A program made the position numbers and the translations under genes. Below the pieces are notes generated by a model, which was not told where the DNA came from, did not search any database, and worked only from the letters and a program-made list of their open reading frames with translations. From an uncultured Bacillota bacterium (GTDB lineage Bacteria > Bacillota > DTU025 > MWDF01): DNA of 64,000 nucleotides. This document shows, piece after piece, positions 9,904 through 20,650 of the stretch; position 1 is the stretch's first letter; the number at the start of each line of letters is the position of its first letter. The stretch covers positions 352,001-416,000 of the forward strand of contig CAWGMK010000010.1 in NCBI GenBank assembly GCA_963823655.1, read 5' to 3'.

Positions 9904-10749
9904 ATGATCAAGATCACCGCCGATAGCACATGCGATCTCTCTGCCGAAATCATAAAAGAAATGGATGTCAGCCTTGCGGCCCTGCACGTGATAGTCGACG
10001 ATAAAGACTACCTAGATGGCGTCGACATAACGCCCGCGGACATTTTCCGCTTCGTCGACGAAGAGGGCAAAACATGCAAGACCTCTGCCATGAATGTGTA
10101 CGAGTATGAGAGCTTCTTCTCGAAATTCGCCGACCAATACGATGCAGTCATACATATAAACATAGGATCGGGCTTTTCGGCCTGCCATCAGAACGCGACT
10201 ATTGCGGCGGCCGGTTTCAAGAACGTACATGTCGTAGATTCCAAGAACCTCTCCAGCGGAAGCGGCCACCTGGTCTGCGATGCCGCGAGCATGGCGAAAA
10301 AAGGCATGAAGGCAGAGGAGATCTGCCGCAAGCTTGAAGAAACGGCGCCTAAGATCGACGCAAGTTTCGTAATAGAGCACCTTGATTACCTGTATAAGGG
10401 CGGGCGCTGCTCGGGCCTTGAAGTCATAGGGGCCAACCTTCTGAAGATTAGGCCGTGCATAGAGGTCAACAAGGGTAAGATGGGCGTCGGCAAGAAATAC
10501 AGGGGAAGCTTCGAGCGCTGTTTGGAGCAGTATGTGGAGGACAAGCTTTCCGGCAGGCAAGTCGACCGAAGCCGGGTCTTCATAACCCATTCCTCATGCC
10601 CGGAAGGGACAGTGGAGAAGGTGAAGGCGGCCATCAGGCGCTTTGCCGACTTCGACGAGATAATCGAGACGAATGCCGGATGCACCATATCCAGCCACTG
10701 CGGCCCCAACACCCTGGGGATACTGTTCAAGCATGCCAACGGGGCATAG
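9904..10749 (+). CDS. DegV family fatty-acid-binding protein
   Basis: ITADSTCDL, KTSA, VVDSKNLS, YLYKGGR, SHCGP motifs. Confidence 0.93.
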   Translation: MIKITADSTCDLSAEIIKEMDVSLAALHVIVDDKDYLDGVDITPADIFRFVDEEGKTCKTSAMNVYEYESFFSKFADQYDAVIHINIGSGFSACHQNATIAAAGFKNVHVVDSKNLSSGSGHLVCDAASMAKKGMKAEEICRKLEETAPKIDASFVIEHLDYLYKGGRCSGLEVIGANLLKIRPCIEVNKGKMGVGKKYRGSFERCLEQYVEDKLSGRQVDRSRVFITHSSCPEGTVEKVKAAIRRFADFDEIIETNAGCTISSHCGPNTLGILFKHANGA

Positions 10750-10797
10750 GATAGGAAATATCCGCAATTCAAATGCCACTTAAGCTCATATATGATC

Positions 10798-10846
10798 GCA
10801 AGCGGCCGCCCTTGGCCCCCATCGGGAGAAAAGGGCGGCCGCTTGC
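10798..10846. terminator. GC-rich 16-bp stem-loop (terminator or stability element)
   Basis: GCAAGCGGCCGCCCTT...AAGGGCGGCCGCTTGC; no clear U-tract. Confidence 0.5.
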
Positions 10847-10894
10847 TGTATAATTGACCTGATTAATCAGTCGCAAAGGATTTCGAGGTGGAAG

Positions 10895-11834
10895 ATGTCC
10901 AGATCGGCCGAATGGAAGCTTTTTGCAGCAAGTATACTCTTCGGTGCCATAGGCACCTTTTCGGCGCTTCTAAGAAACGAGGGGGTCTCCTCGCTCGTAC
11001 AGACGTCTTTCAGGACGTTCGGCACATCCCTGGCCCTGATACTCTATTACATCGCAATACGGAAAAAGCCCGCCAATCCCGGCAAGCATTCATGGTATTT
11101 CCTCGCGTATGGGCTTTTCGCTTTCGTGGGCATGTTCATAGGCTACACATCATCTGATTGCCATGGGGACGCCGATTACGGTCGTTACGCTGCTTAGTAA
11201 ACCTGCAGCCGGTATATGTGCTCATAATGGCAGCGACCTTGCTCAAGGAGAAGAGTCGACATCACGAAGACGCTGCCGGTCGCAGTATCCCTGATCGGGG
11301 TGGCGATCCTGGTTGGAGGCTGGAGGATGCAGGGCGAGGTGCAGGTAGTAGGCGCGCTTTTCGCCGTCATGAACGGCCTCTGCTATGCCCTTTACCTGTT
11401 CATGACGAAGAAGCTGAGGGCAGGCAGCGGCATGGAGCCTACCGACATACTCCTTCTGGGGCTACATTGCAGCCTCCGCTGCGATGCCATTTGTATTGCT
11501 GATCATGCCCGCCCTGGTAAAAGACCCGGTGCTTACATCCTTGAAGCTTGATCTTACGCTTGCCTCCTCGCTCTATCTTGCCGGGCTTACGCTCTGCTGC
11601 ACGTTGCTGCCGTACCTTCTGATAACCCAAAGCCTGGGCAAGGTGGAGCTTTCGAGGGCGTCGCTGAGCCTTTTGATGGAGCCGGTTGTAGCAATCCTGA
11701 TTGGTTCGTTAGTATTAAGAGAACCTGTTCACATCTACCAAGTGGCGGGCGGCAGCCTTATACTATTGGCCGTGATACTGATAAATCTGCCCAGGGAGAC
11801 ATTCCTGAGGTTGCTCGTAGGAAGGGCAAAATAA
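10895..11834 (+). CDS. EamA/DMT family transporter; several frameshifts
   Basis: Hydrophobic segments with LQPVYV, LMEPVVA and LREP motifs across four ORF pieces. Confidence 0.8.
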
Positions 11835-11845
11835 CTGTGGAGGAC

Positions 11846-12683
11846 ATGATGGGAAGCGAAGCAAAAGTAGTTCTAATAACAGGGGCGACATCCGGATTCG
11901 GGAAGGCTACGGCACTTCATCTTGCAGGCATTGGATATAAAGTATATGGTTTCGGGCGCTCTGTTGATGAGAGCAAAGTGGAAGCGGGCGGAAACCTCAC
12001 GATGATGAGGATGGACGTCAATGATTCTGCGTCGGTAAAAGAAGCAGTCGATGCAGTCATCGCGGCCGAAGGAAGGATAGATGTGCTGCTGAGCGCCGCC
12101 GGGCTCGGATTTCGGAGGCGCGGTGGAGGACGCATCCATTGCGGAAGCCAAGGCCATTTTCGAGACGAACTTCTTCGGTTCGTTGAGAGTCTGTAAAGCG
12201 GTCCTGCCTCAGATGAGAAGCCAGAAGTCGGGATTGATAATGCTTGTAAGCTCGGTGGCGGGGGTTTTCGGGGTGCCTTTCCAGGGCGTTTACAGCTCAA
12301 CGAAGTTCGCGATCGAGGGAATTGCCGATTCCATGTCCATGGAGGTCAGGCAATTCGGCGTGGATGTAGTCATACTCGAGCCGGGAGATTTCAATACAGG
12401 ATTTACTGCCAACAGGGTGAAGGCCGCAGCCGCAGAGACGGAGGATTCGCCTTACAGGAAGGCATATCTCAAGGCCCTGAAGAATATCGAGAAGGATGAA
12501 GCCTCAGGGCATACGGCCGATTACCTTGCCGTGGCCGTGGCGAGGATAATCAAGTCCAAATACAGAAGGCTCAGATACGTAATAGGCAGCCCATTGGAGA
12601 AGCTGGCCATCGTCCTCAAGAGGACCCTGCCGTCCAGATTTTTCGAAGGTCTGCTGTATTGGTACTATATGATGTCCAGATAA
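11846..12683 (+). CDS. SDR family oxidoreductase; frameshift near 12110
   Basis: TGATSGFG, GRIDVL, YSSTK (YxxxK), EPG. Confidence 0.88.
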
Positions 12684-12700
12684 AAACGGAGGCGCTTATT

Positions 12701-13981
12701 ATGTCCAGCGATATTTCTGCCAAATACTCCAAATACATATTCCCCACCCTGAAGACCCTCTATGAAGAGCCTATAGTCATGGTAAGGGGCGAGGGGCACT
12801 ACCTGTTCGACGAAGAGGGCAAGAGATACCTCGATTTCTTCGGAGGGATACTCACCTGCGGCATAGGGCATGCCAATCCGAAAGTGGCGGACGCGGTATC
12901 GAAGCAGGCCCACACGCTGCAGCACTGCTCGACTATCTACATCATTCCGGGCCAGGTCGAACTGGCTGAGAGGCTAATGGGGATAGTGCCGGAAGGCATA
13001 GGAAAGTTCACCTTCACCAGCAGCGGGACCGAGGCGATCGAGGCGGCGATAATGATGGCCCAGATAGCCACCGGCAACGATGAGGTAATTGCGCTCAGGC
13101 ACTCCTATTCAGGAAGGAGCAAGCTGGCAATAGAGCTCACCGCCCTTCACAACTGGAAACAGGGGATGGCACCTTCCGGAAACGTAAAGTACACGCACAA
13201 CGGTTACTGCTACAGGTGCGCCTTCGGGCTTAAGTACCCCTCGTGCGGCATGAGGTGCGCATACGACCTGGAGGAGCTGATTAAGACCTCTACAAAAGGC
13301 AGGATAGCAGCATTGATAGCGGAGCCCATACAGGGTGTGGGCGGCGCGATCACGCCGCCTTTGGAGTTCTTCCCGATAGTGGCCGATATTACAAGGAAGT
13401 ACGGCGGCATCTTCATATCCGATGAGGTGCAGACGGGCTTCGGCAGGACCGGAGGCAAGTGGTTCGGAATAGAGCACTGGGGTGTCAAGCCCGACGCCAT
13501 GACGGCGGCAAAGCAGATGGCCTCAGGATCTCCGATCGGGGCCCTTATGGCCAAGCCGGAGTTCGCAGAGAAGTGGACCTCGCCGTCGATTTCGACCTTC
13601 GGCGGCAATCCGGTAACCATGGCGGCAGCGTGCGCCACTATAGATTTCATGAAAGAGAACGATACAAAATCGAATGCCGAAGCGATGGGCAGTCGCTTCA
13701 TGAACGGCCTACTTGAGCTCAAAGAGAAGCACAGATGCATGGGCGATGTCAGGGGAAAAGGCCTTATGCTGGGCATAGAATTTGTGAAAGAGGGCAAGGA
13801 ACCGGCCCCGTCGCTGCTTCTTAAGATCATGGAGGCGACCAAGAAGAGAAGGCTGCTCGTAGGAAAAGGCGGGCTTTACGGCAACGTAATGAGGCTAGCT
13901 CCTCATATGACGGTGACAGCCACCGAAGTGGACACCGCAGTATCGGTCCTTGACGAGGCGATAGCGGAAGCGACCAAGTAG
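12701..13981 (+). CDS. Class III PLP aminotransferase (AGXT2/GabT-like)
   Basis: YLDFFGG, SGTEA, AEPIQG, DEVQTGFGRTG, AKQ, TFGGNP, DVRGKG. Confidence 0.92.
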   Translation: MSSDISAKYSKYIFPTLKTLYEEPIVMVRGEGHYLFDEEGKRYLDFFGGILTCGIGHANPKVADAVSKQAHTLQHCSTIYIIPGQVELAERLMGIVPEGIGKFTFTSSGTEAIEAAIMMAQIATGNDEVIALRHSYSGRSKLAIELTALHNWKQGMAPSGNVKYTHNGYCYRCAFGLKYPSCGMRCAYDLEELIKTSTKGRIAALIAEPIQGVGGAITPPLEFFPIVADITRKYGGIFISDEVQTGFGRTGGKWFGIEHWGVKPDAMTAAKQMASGSPIGALMAKPEFAEKWTSPSISTFGGNPVTMAAACATIDFMKENDTKSNAEAMGSRFMNGLLELKEKHRCMGDVRGKGLMLGIEFVKEGKEPAPSLLLKIMEATKKRRLLVGKGGLYGNVMRLAPHMTVTATEVDTAVSVLDEAIAEATK

Positions 13982-14109
13982 ACAAGGTTCAATCTAATTA
14001 GGGAGATTATGCCGCGCTTTGTGCTTAACGCACAGAACGCGGCATATCTTTACAATTGAGCTAATTCGGTATATTGTTTATATAAAAGCAAACGATTAAG
14101 GAGAAAGCG

Positions 14110-14847
14110 ATGCAACTTCCATCGGTGTTCTGGAATGCCGGACATGAAGATATGATGAGGGGCTACTCGTCGATAGACGGTATGCTCATGTGCCTTGTAT
14201 GCTGCAAGAGCTTCCCTGAATCCGAGGAAGACGCAATAAAAGTCCACATCAAAGAAGAGCACGGCGATATGTTCGAGCTTCTTATGGGGCTCGATGCCGC
14301 AGAGAACGGGCTTACTTCAAACCAGGAGGCGGTACTGAGGCTCATCAGGCAGGGGAAGTCGGACGGCGAGATCGTGGCGGCGGGGCTATTCGGCGCTACT
14401 TCCACAGTCAGGGGCTACAGGCTGGCGCTAAGGGAGAAGGAGAGGCGTGCGAAAGTCTTTCTGGCGATATCATGCCTTCTGCACGAGGGCGATTATAGAA
14501 AGAGGCGTCCGGGCAGGAAGCCTAGCAAGGGGTGGAGCATAATGGACGAAAGGTTCGACATAACCGAGGAGGAACGCAAAAAGGCGCTGAAGACGTACTT
14601 CGACGAGGAGAAGGGCATATTGAAGCAGTTCCCTTCAAAAGAGAAGTACAAGATAGTAATCCTGGACAGGCTGGCAGAGATGTTCGAGAAGGGGCGCACC
14701 TACAAGGAGCAGGAGATAAACCAGATATTGTTCAGGGCGTTCAACGATATCTCGACTCTGAGGCGCTATCTAATAGAGTACAAACACCTGGCCAGGGTCG
14801 CCGACGGTTCGGCCTACTGGCGCACCGATCCGTGGCATAAGGAATAA
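14110..14847 (+). CDS. DUF2087-domain protein with N-terminal C2H2-like and HTH segments
   Basis: CLVC...HIKEEH; C-terminal FPSKEK, YKEQEIN, LRRYLIEY, DGSAYW. Confidence 0.85.
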   Translation: MQLPSVFWNAGHEDMMRGYSSIDGMLMCLVCCKSFPESEEDAIKVHIKEEHGDMFELLMGLDAAENGLTSNQEAVLRLIRQGKSDGEIVAAGLFGATSTVRGYRLALREKERRAKVFLAISCLLHEGDYRKRRPGRKPSKGWSIMDERFDITEEERKKALKTYFDEEKGILKQFPSKEKYKIVILDRLAEMFEKGRTYKEQEINQILFRAFNDISTLRRYLIEYKHLARVADGSAYWRTDPWHKE

Positions 14848-14877
14848 TCCGGGCAATATACGAAAACAAGCCGATCG

Positions 14878-14908
14878 GGGTCTGCCTTCTTTATAGGCAG
14901 ACCCTTTT
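14878..14908 (+). terminator. Intrinsic terminator
   Basis: GGGTCTGCCT...AGGCAGACCC followed by TTTT. Confidence 0.75.
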
Positions 14909-14963
14909 ACATGCCTCTATTTTTCCGTGAGTATGAATTATTAATGAATATTACGTATATATA

Positions 14964-14993
14964 TTGACAAGTAACAGAATAATTATTCATAAT
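14964..14993 (+). promoter_or_regulatory. SigA-type promoter with an overlapping AT-rich palindrome
   Basis: TTGACA (14964-14969), 18-bp spacer, CATAAT (14988-14993). Confidence 0.6.
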
Positions 14994-15027
14994 AGCGACA
15001 TACACTTTTACTTGAGGAGGAAGACGC

Positions 15028-16701
15028 ATGAAAAAGGCATCTGTATTGTTCCTGATAGCAGCATTGCTTCTTGTCATCGCATCGGTATCCATGGCCGAGG
15101 CCGCATCCGGCTTCAAATTCGAGGTCAAGGTACCGGCTAGCTTCGTAGGGGAGCTTAACGGCAGGTGCCTTGTTATACTCACCAAGGACGCCAGTACACG
15201 CGAACCTAAGAATCAGGTCAGCCCGACGGGAGTGCCCGTATTCGGAAAGACCGTATTCGGACTTAAAGCAGGCGACGTGATTACGTTCACGGCAGAAGAC
15301 GCCGAAGTCTACGGCTTCCCGTTCCAGATGGGCGACATCCCTCAGATGGAGCTCTATGTGCAGGCATTCTTCGTGAAATATACGAAGTTCACCCGCTCGA
15401 ACGGCAGCACCATCTGGGCGATGGCCGACCACGGAGGCGGAGGCAAGATGTTCTCCAACCCTTACAACCTTTACAGCAAGGTCGTAAAGGCGCTCGTCGA
15501 TGTTAAGTCGGCATCGTCTGTGCAGCTAGAGCTCACCGAGGAGATACAGCTTGCGGCACCTCTCAAGGCTGGCGAAGTCACCCAGCAGGGCAACTATGAG
15601 GACAAGCCCTATTTGAAGTACGTCAAGATCCAGAGCAAGCTCTTGACCGAGTTCTGGGGCACACCGATGTACATCGGCGCTAACATACTTCTTCCCAACA
15701 CCTACGGCAAGATAGCGGGCAAGAAGTACCCCGTGCTCTACTACCAGGGCCACTGGCCGGCGGGCGGCGCACCCCTAAGCTATGAGAGCACAGCTGCTAC
15801 CGGAAAAGCCCTCAAGGCATACTGGGACAGCGAAGAGGCCCCTCAGATGCTCGCAGTAACCATTCGCGACGCCAACCCATTCTATGACACTGCGTATTCG
15901 GTGAACACCGCAAACCTCGGCCCCTGGGGCGATGCCATAACGCAGGAGCTCATACCCTACATCGAGAAGAACTTCAGCGTCGTCGCCGAACCTTGGGCAA
16001 GGATACTCGCCGGCGGATCCACCGGCGGCTGGGAATCGATGGCGATGCAGGTATTCTACCCGGATTACTTCGGCGGAACATGGCCGATGTGCCCGGACCC
16101 GCTCGACTTCAATTACTATCAGATAGTCAACGTATACAAGGACGACAACGCCTACTTCATCGACAAGGGCTGGTACAAGGTCGAAAGGCCCGGATCAAGG
16201 TCCGTGGACGGCAACATCAGCTACATGATGAAGGACGAGAACCTCTGGGAAATCGCAGTCGGCGGCCTTGAAGCGCTCAGCCTCGGGCAGTGGGCGATCT
16301 GGGAGGCTGTATACGGGCCGATGGACAAGGACGGCTATCCCGCAAGGATATGGGACCCGCTGACCGGCAAGATCGACAAGACCGTGGCAGAGTACTGGAA
16401 GCAGAACTTTGATATCAACTTCAAACTGCAGAAGGAATGGCCGACGCTAGGTCCCAAGCTTGTCGGAAAGATACATCTCAGAGGCGGAGACATGGATGCC
16501 TACTACCTCAACAACGCGCAGTATCTCGTAGGCGACTGGCTCGAGACCACTAAGGATCCATACTATGCGGGATATTCAGTAACGTTCGCCAGGAAGGGCC
16601 ATACCGGCAACATCACGAACGTGGATCTTCTCAAGGAGATCGCGGCGCACATGATAAAGTACGGGCCGGCTAACGCCGCATCCATACTGGCAGCCAAGTA
16701 A
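15028..16701 (+). CDS. Secreted putative esterase / alpha-beta hydrolase
   Basis: Signal peptide; YPVLY, NLGPWGDA, GGSTGGWES (GxSxG). Confidence 0.8.
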   Translation: MKKASVLFLIAALLLVIASVSMAEAASGFKFEVKVPASFVGELNGRCLVILTKDASTREPKNQVSPTGVPVFGKTVFGLKAGDVITFTAEDAEVYGFPFQMGDIPQMELYVQAFFVKYTKFTRSNGSTIWAMADHGGGGKMFSNPYNLYSKVVKALVDVKSASSVQLELTEEIQLAAPLKAGEVTQQGNYEDKPYLKYVKIQSKLLTEFWGTPMYIGANILLPNTYGKIAGKKYPVLYYQGHWPAGGAPLSYESTAATGKALKAYWDSEEAPQMLAVTIRDANPFYDTAYSVNTANLGPWGDAITQELIPYIEKNFSVVAEPWARILAGGSTGGWESMAMQVFYPDYFGGTWPMCPDPLDFNYYQIVNVYKDDNAYFIDKGWYKVERPGSRSVDGNISYMMKDENLWEIAVGGLEALSLGQWAIWEAVYGPMDKDGYPARIWDPLTGKIDKTVAEYWKQNFDINFKLQKEWPTLGPKLVGKIHLRGGDMDAYYLNNAQYLVGDWLETTKDPYYAGYSVTFARKGHTGNITNVDLLKEIAAHMIKYGPANAASILAAK

Positions 16702-16842
16702 AACAGCATATAATCCCTGATATTTGCCGCGGGATGCTTATGGCTCTCCGCGGCAAATCGCTTTTATGGACGATAATTCGAACAGGTGGATAATGGGCGA
16801 TAATGGTAATATAGTTAAAGAATTATTACGGAGGTGCAATCA

Positions 16843-17742
16843 ATGTCTTTATTCGATATCTCCAAGATCAAAGGGGTTTTCGCCCCTATAGCGACTTCCT
16901 TTGACGCAGCAGGCGAGCTGGACTTCAAATCGCTTGCGGCTAACATGGCCAAATGGGGTAAGACCAGGATGCAGGGTTACGTCGTCCTCGGGTCGAACGG
17001 GGAGGCCAACTTCCTGACTTTCGACGAGAAAATTGAGCTGGTCGCAGAAGTCGTCAAGCTCAACCGCGGATCCAAGGTGATCATCGCGGGCACCGGAGTT
17101 GAGACTACAAAGGAGACCATAGCCCTCACAAAGAAGGTAGCCGAAGTCGGAGCCCAGGTGGCGCTCGTGCTGCCCCCATTCTACTTCAAGGCCGCCATGG
17201 GCAATGCCGCGCTCGCAGCCCATTTCAAAGCCGTTGCCGACGCATCTCCCATACCCGTAATGCTTTACAACATGCCCGGCAATACCGGCTTGAACCTGTC
17301 TTCGGGACTTGTAGCCGAACTTTCCTATTACCCGAACATCGTAGGCATCAAGGACAGCGGCGGAAACATCGTCCAGATAGCCGAGATAATCGCCAAGTCC
17401 AAGCCAGGCTTCATCGTATTTGCAGGTTCAGGCAGCTACCTGCTTCCCACGCTTGCAGTTGGCGGGCATGGCACGACAGCGGCGCTTGCCAATATAGCGG
17501 CAGATGAACTTGCCGACGTTTACGAGGCATTCATGGCGGGCGACTACGAGAGGGCGAAAGAGGCCCAGAAGAAAGTGCTCGACATAAACGCCGCCGTTAC
17601 TAGCAGGTGGGCCGTTCCCGGACTGAAGGCTGCAATGGATATGATGGGCTACGTCGGCGGAAGGCCGAGGCTTCCCATGCTGCCCCTTCCCGAAAAGGAC
17701 AGAGTCGAGCTTGCCAAAGTAATAGAGGACTTCAGGAAGTAG
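16843..17742 (+). CDS. Dihydrodipicolinate synthase family aldolase (DapA/HOGA-like)
   Basis: GSNGE, IAGTG, LYNMP, GIKDS. GSNGE instead of GTTGE suggests it is not a true DapA. Confidence 0.85.
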   Translation: MSLFDISKIKGVFAPIATSFDAAGELDFKSLAANMAKWGKTRMQGYVVLGSNGEANFLTFDEKIELVAEVVKLNRGSKVIIAGTGVETTKETIALTKKVAEVGAQVALVLPPFYFKAAMGNAALAAHFKAVADASPIPVMLYNMPGNTGLNLSSGLVAELSYYPNIVGIKDSGGNIVQIAEIIAKSKPGFIVFAGSGSYLLPTLAVGGHGTTAALANIAADELADVYEAFMAGDYERAKEAQKKVLDINAAVTSRWAVPGLKAAMDMMGYVGGRPRLPMLPLPEKDRVELAKVIEDFRK

Positions 17743-17772
17743 AAGAGGCACCATAAGGAAATCGACTTAATA

Positions 17773-17826
17773 AATAAAGCTGCCGTACGGTTTGTGATTT
17801 GTTCACACCGTACGGCAGCTTATTTT
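17773..17826. terminator. Bidirectional terminator
   Basis: AAAGCTGCCGTACGG...CCGTACGGCAGCTTT between convergent genes. Confidence 0.8.
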
Positions 17827-17837
17827 GTCTCAGCCCT

Positions 17838-19924
17838 TTAGAACAGGGACATGGTTAGGAACAATGTGGCCATAAGGGATGAGACCAGCGATACGACAGT
17901 TATCTGCGTGTTGATCGAAGGGCCTGCCGTGTCCTTGAAGGGATCTCCCACGGTGTCGCCGACCACTGCCGCCTTATGGGTGTCGGAGCCCTTGCCGCCG
18001 TTGTTGCCCGCCTCGACGAACTTCTTGGAGTTGTCCCACAGCCCGCCGGAGTTGGACATGAACAGGGCGAAGACGAGTCCGCTTACAATGTTGCCGGTAA
18101 GATAGCCGCCTATTGCCTGCACGCCGCCAACGAAGCCGACCACAAGGGTCAGGAGTATCGCTGCAAGGCCTGCGGGTATAAGCTCCTTGATCGCCCCGTC
18201 AGTGGCGATCTCAATGCACTTGTCATATTCCGGCGTCACTCCGGGTTTGCCCTCCTTGAGGCCGATTATCTCCTTGAACTGGCGGTGTATCTCAGCTACC
18301 ATGCGCTGCGCATTTCGGTTGACTCCGAGCATGAGCATCGCCGAGAACACAGGAGGCACCGCGGCTCCGACCAGGATGCCGAAGAATACCAGAGGGTTCA
18401 TAATGTCGAAGCCCTGTATGCCGGCAATCCCGAGCTCCGCCGCTGCGGTGTTGACCTCGCTGATGAACGCCCCAGCAGAGCGATGACGGTAAGGCCTGCG
18501 GCGCCGATTGCGAACCCCTTGGTTACCGCCTTGACGGTATTGCCCGCGCTGTCGAGGACGTCAGTTGTCTCGATTACTTTTTTGCCGAGGTTGCCCATCT
18601 CGGCAAGGCCGCGGGCATTGTCCACGATCGGGCCGTAAGCGTCGTTCGAGATTATCATTCCTACGATTGAGAGCATGCCGACTGCCGCCATGGAAATGCC
18701 GAACATGGCGTAACCGGGGCCCAGAGGCTCGCAGATCTTGTAGGCTGCAAGCGCGGAGATGCCGATTCCTATCATCGCGGGAAGTACGCTTATCAGCCCG
18801 TAGGAGACACCGGAAAGGATGGTGAAGGCGGGTCCCGACTCGGAGGCCTTAGCGACCATGTGAACGGGCGGCTTGGAGTCGTCAGTGAAGTAGTCGCTCG
18901 TGATGCCGATTACTACGCCGACTACAAGGCCCACTGCGCTTGCGCCCCAGATGCGCCACTCGAAGCCGAAGGCCCATGTGGCAAGCGCTGTGAGCAAGGC
19001 GAATACGAAGGTAGTGACATATGTGCTTGTATTGAGCGCCTTCGTGGGGTCGCCGCCGCGGCCGATCCTTGCGGTTGCGACGCCGATGATGGACGACAGG
19101 AGGCCAATTGCTGCATACGCGAACACCATGGTGGTATTCATCATGCCGCCTACCAGCTTGTCAAGGCTGCCGGCCATGACAAGTGCCGCGGCCATGGAAG
19201 CGACGTTCGAATCGAACAGGTCGGCGCCCATGCCGGCTACGTCGCCCACGTTGTCGCCAACATTGTCTGCGATGACTGCAGGGTTGCGCGGGTCGTCTTC
19301 AGGGATGCCAAGCTCCACTTTGCCTACCAGGTCAGCGCTTATGTCAGCGGTCTTCGTAAAGATGCCGCCGCCCGCTTTGGCGAACAACGCAAGAGAGCTT
19401 GCCCCGAAGCTGAAGCCCAGAAGCGCCGAGGTGCTGCCCGTTATCACGTATACTAGCGTAACGCCAAGAAGGCTGCTGCCAACGACTGCCATGCCCATCA
19501 CGGCGCCGCCTCTGAAGCCCGCCATGAATGAGGGCTGTATCCCGTCCTTGGCGGCCTCTGCGGTCTTCATATTGGCTATCGTGGAGACTTGTATGCCGAC
19601 TTTGCCGGCGGCTGCCGAGAACGCCGCGCCCGCGATGTAGGCAAGCGCCATCATGATGTTGTTGAGCGGCGAGCCGTGCCAGATCGGCTTGGGCAGGAAG
19701 ACCAGTATCAGCAGGGATGCGACGCCTGCGAACTTTGACAGCATCACGTATTCCTTCTTCAGGAAGGTGTTAGCACCCGAGGTGATGAGCTTGCCCACTT
19801 CCGCTATCCTCTTATTGGAGGAGGGGCGCGCTTTTACCCAGGAATAAAGCCAGGCTGCGAAGGCGAAGGCGATTAGGGCGACTACTGAAGATGCAATTAA
19901 AAACTGCGTAAGAAGCGAGCCCAT
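17838..19924 (-). CDS. hppA: Membrane-bound ion-translocating pyrophosphatase; frameshift near 18475
   Basis: DISADLVGKVE, DNVGDNVGD, DAYGPIVDNA, GNTVKA, GDTVGDPFKD. Confidence 0.92.
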
Positions 19925-20028
19925 GGATGTAGACCTCCACTAATTGAATTTGTCGTAGCGGGGTATCTGATGCATGCGAAATCCAATGGATATCGTAATG
20001 TATGCGGCGGATATTTTTGAGAAACTTC

Positions 20029-20556
20029 CTACCTGTCGAAGAAGGGGCTCTTCCCGGTTGCGGTCAGAGGCACTCCAATTACGGTGTCGGCCTTTATCAG
20101 CCCGAGCTTCCTTGCCACAACGCCTATCCTGTACATGATCCTGTTGTCGACATTGTGAATGGACGCAGTCTTTACAGCTGAGCCCAGCGCTATTCCCAGA
20201 TCCTGCATCTTCCAGGCGCAGTTGGGCCCGGCGAACTCGGAGAACTCCGTATGGGCTTTGGCCAGCTCGGCGCAGGTGGCAAAGCCGCACGCGCCGCAGT
20301 TGAGCCCGATACCGGCGCACTGCCTGAGGCCAAGGAGCAGCACAGCCGATGAAGCATCCACTCCTTTAGCGTCCCTGTCGAAATTCTTCTTGCCGGAGGC
20401 GATTCCGTACTCCCGCATCCCGTCCGCCAATTTCCTAAGCTCGGAGCCCTTGAGAAGCTCGATTTCTATGAAGTCAGAGCCGGTCGCCTTAGGGGCGGTC
20501 CTCGCTGAAACCGCCATGAGCTCGCCTACGAGGATTACTGCCTTCTCCATATCCAT
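20029..20556 (-). CDS. DUF2148 ferredoxin-domain-containing protein
   Basis: ARTAPK, NFDRDA, CGACGFATC, DLGIALGSA, DNRIMY, KSPFFDR. Confidence 0.85.
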   Translation of the reverse strand: MDMEKAVILVGELMAVSARTAPKATGSDFIEIELLKGSELRKLADGMREYGIASGKKNFDRDAKGVDASSAVLLLGLRQCAGIGLNCGACGFATCAELAKAHTEFSEFAGPNCAWKMQDLGIALGSAVKTASIHNVDNRIMYRIGVVARKLGLIKADTVIGVPLTATGKSPFFDR

Positions 20557-20650
20557 AGTAAAACCTCCACTATATGCCCTAAATAGGGGCAGTTTGCTTA
20601 GTAAGACATTCACAAATAGAATATACTTATTCTAACAGGAGGTAGCATGC

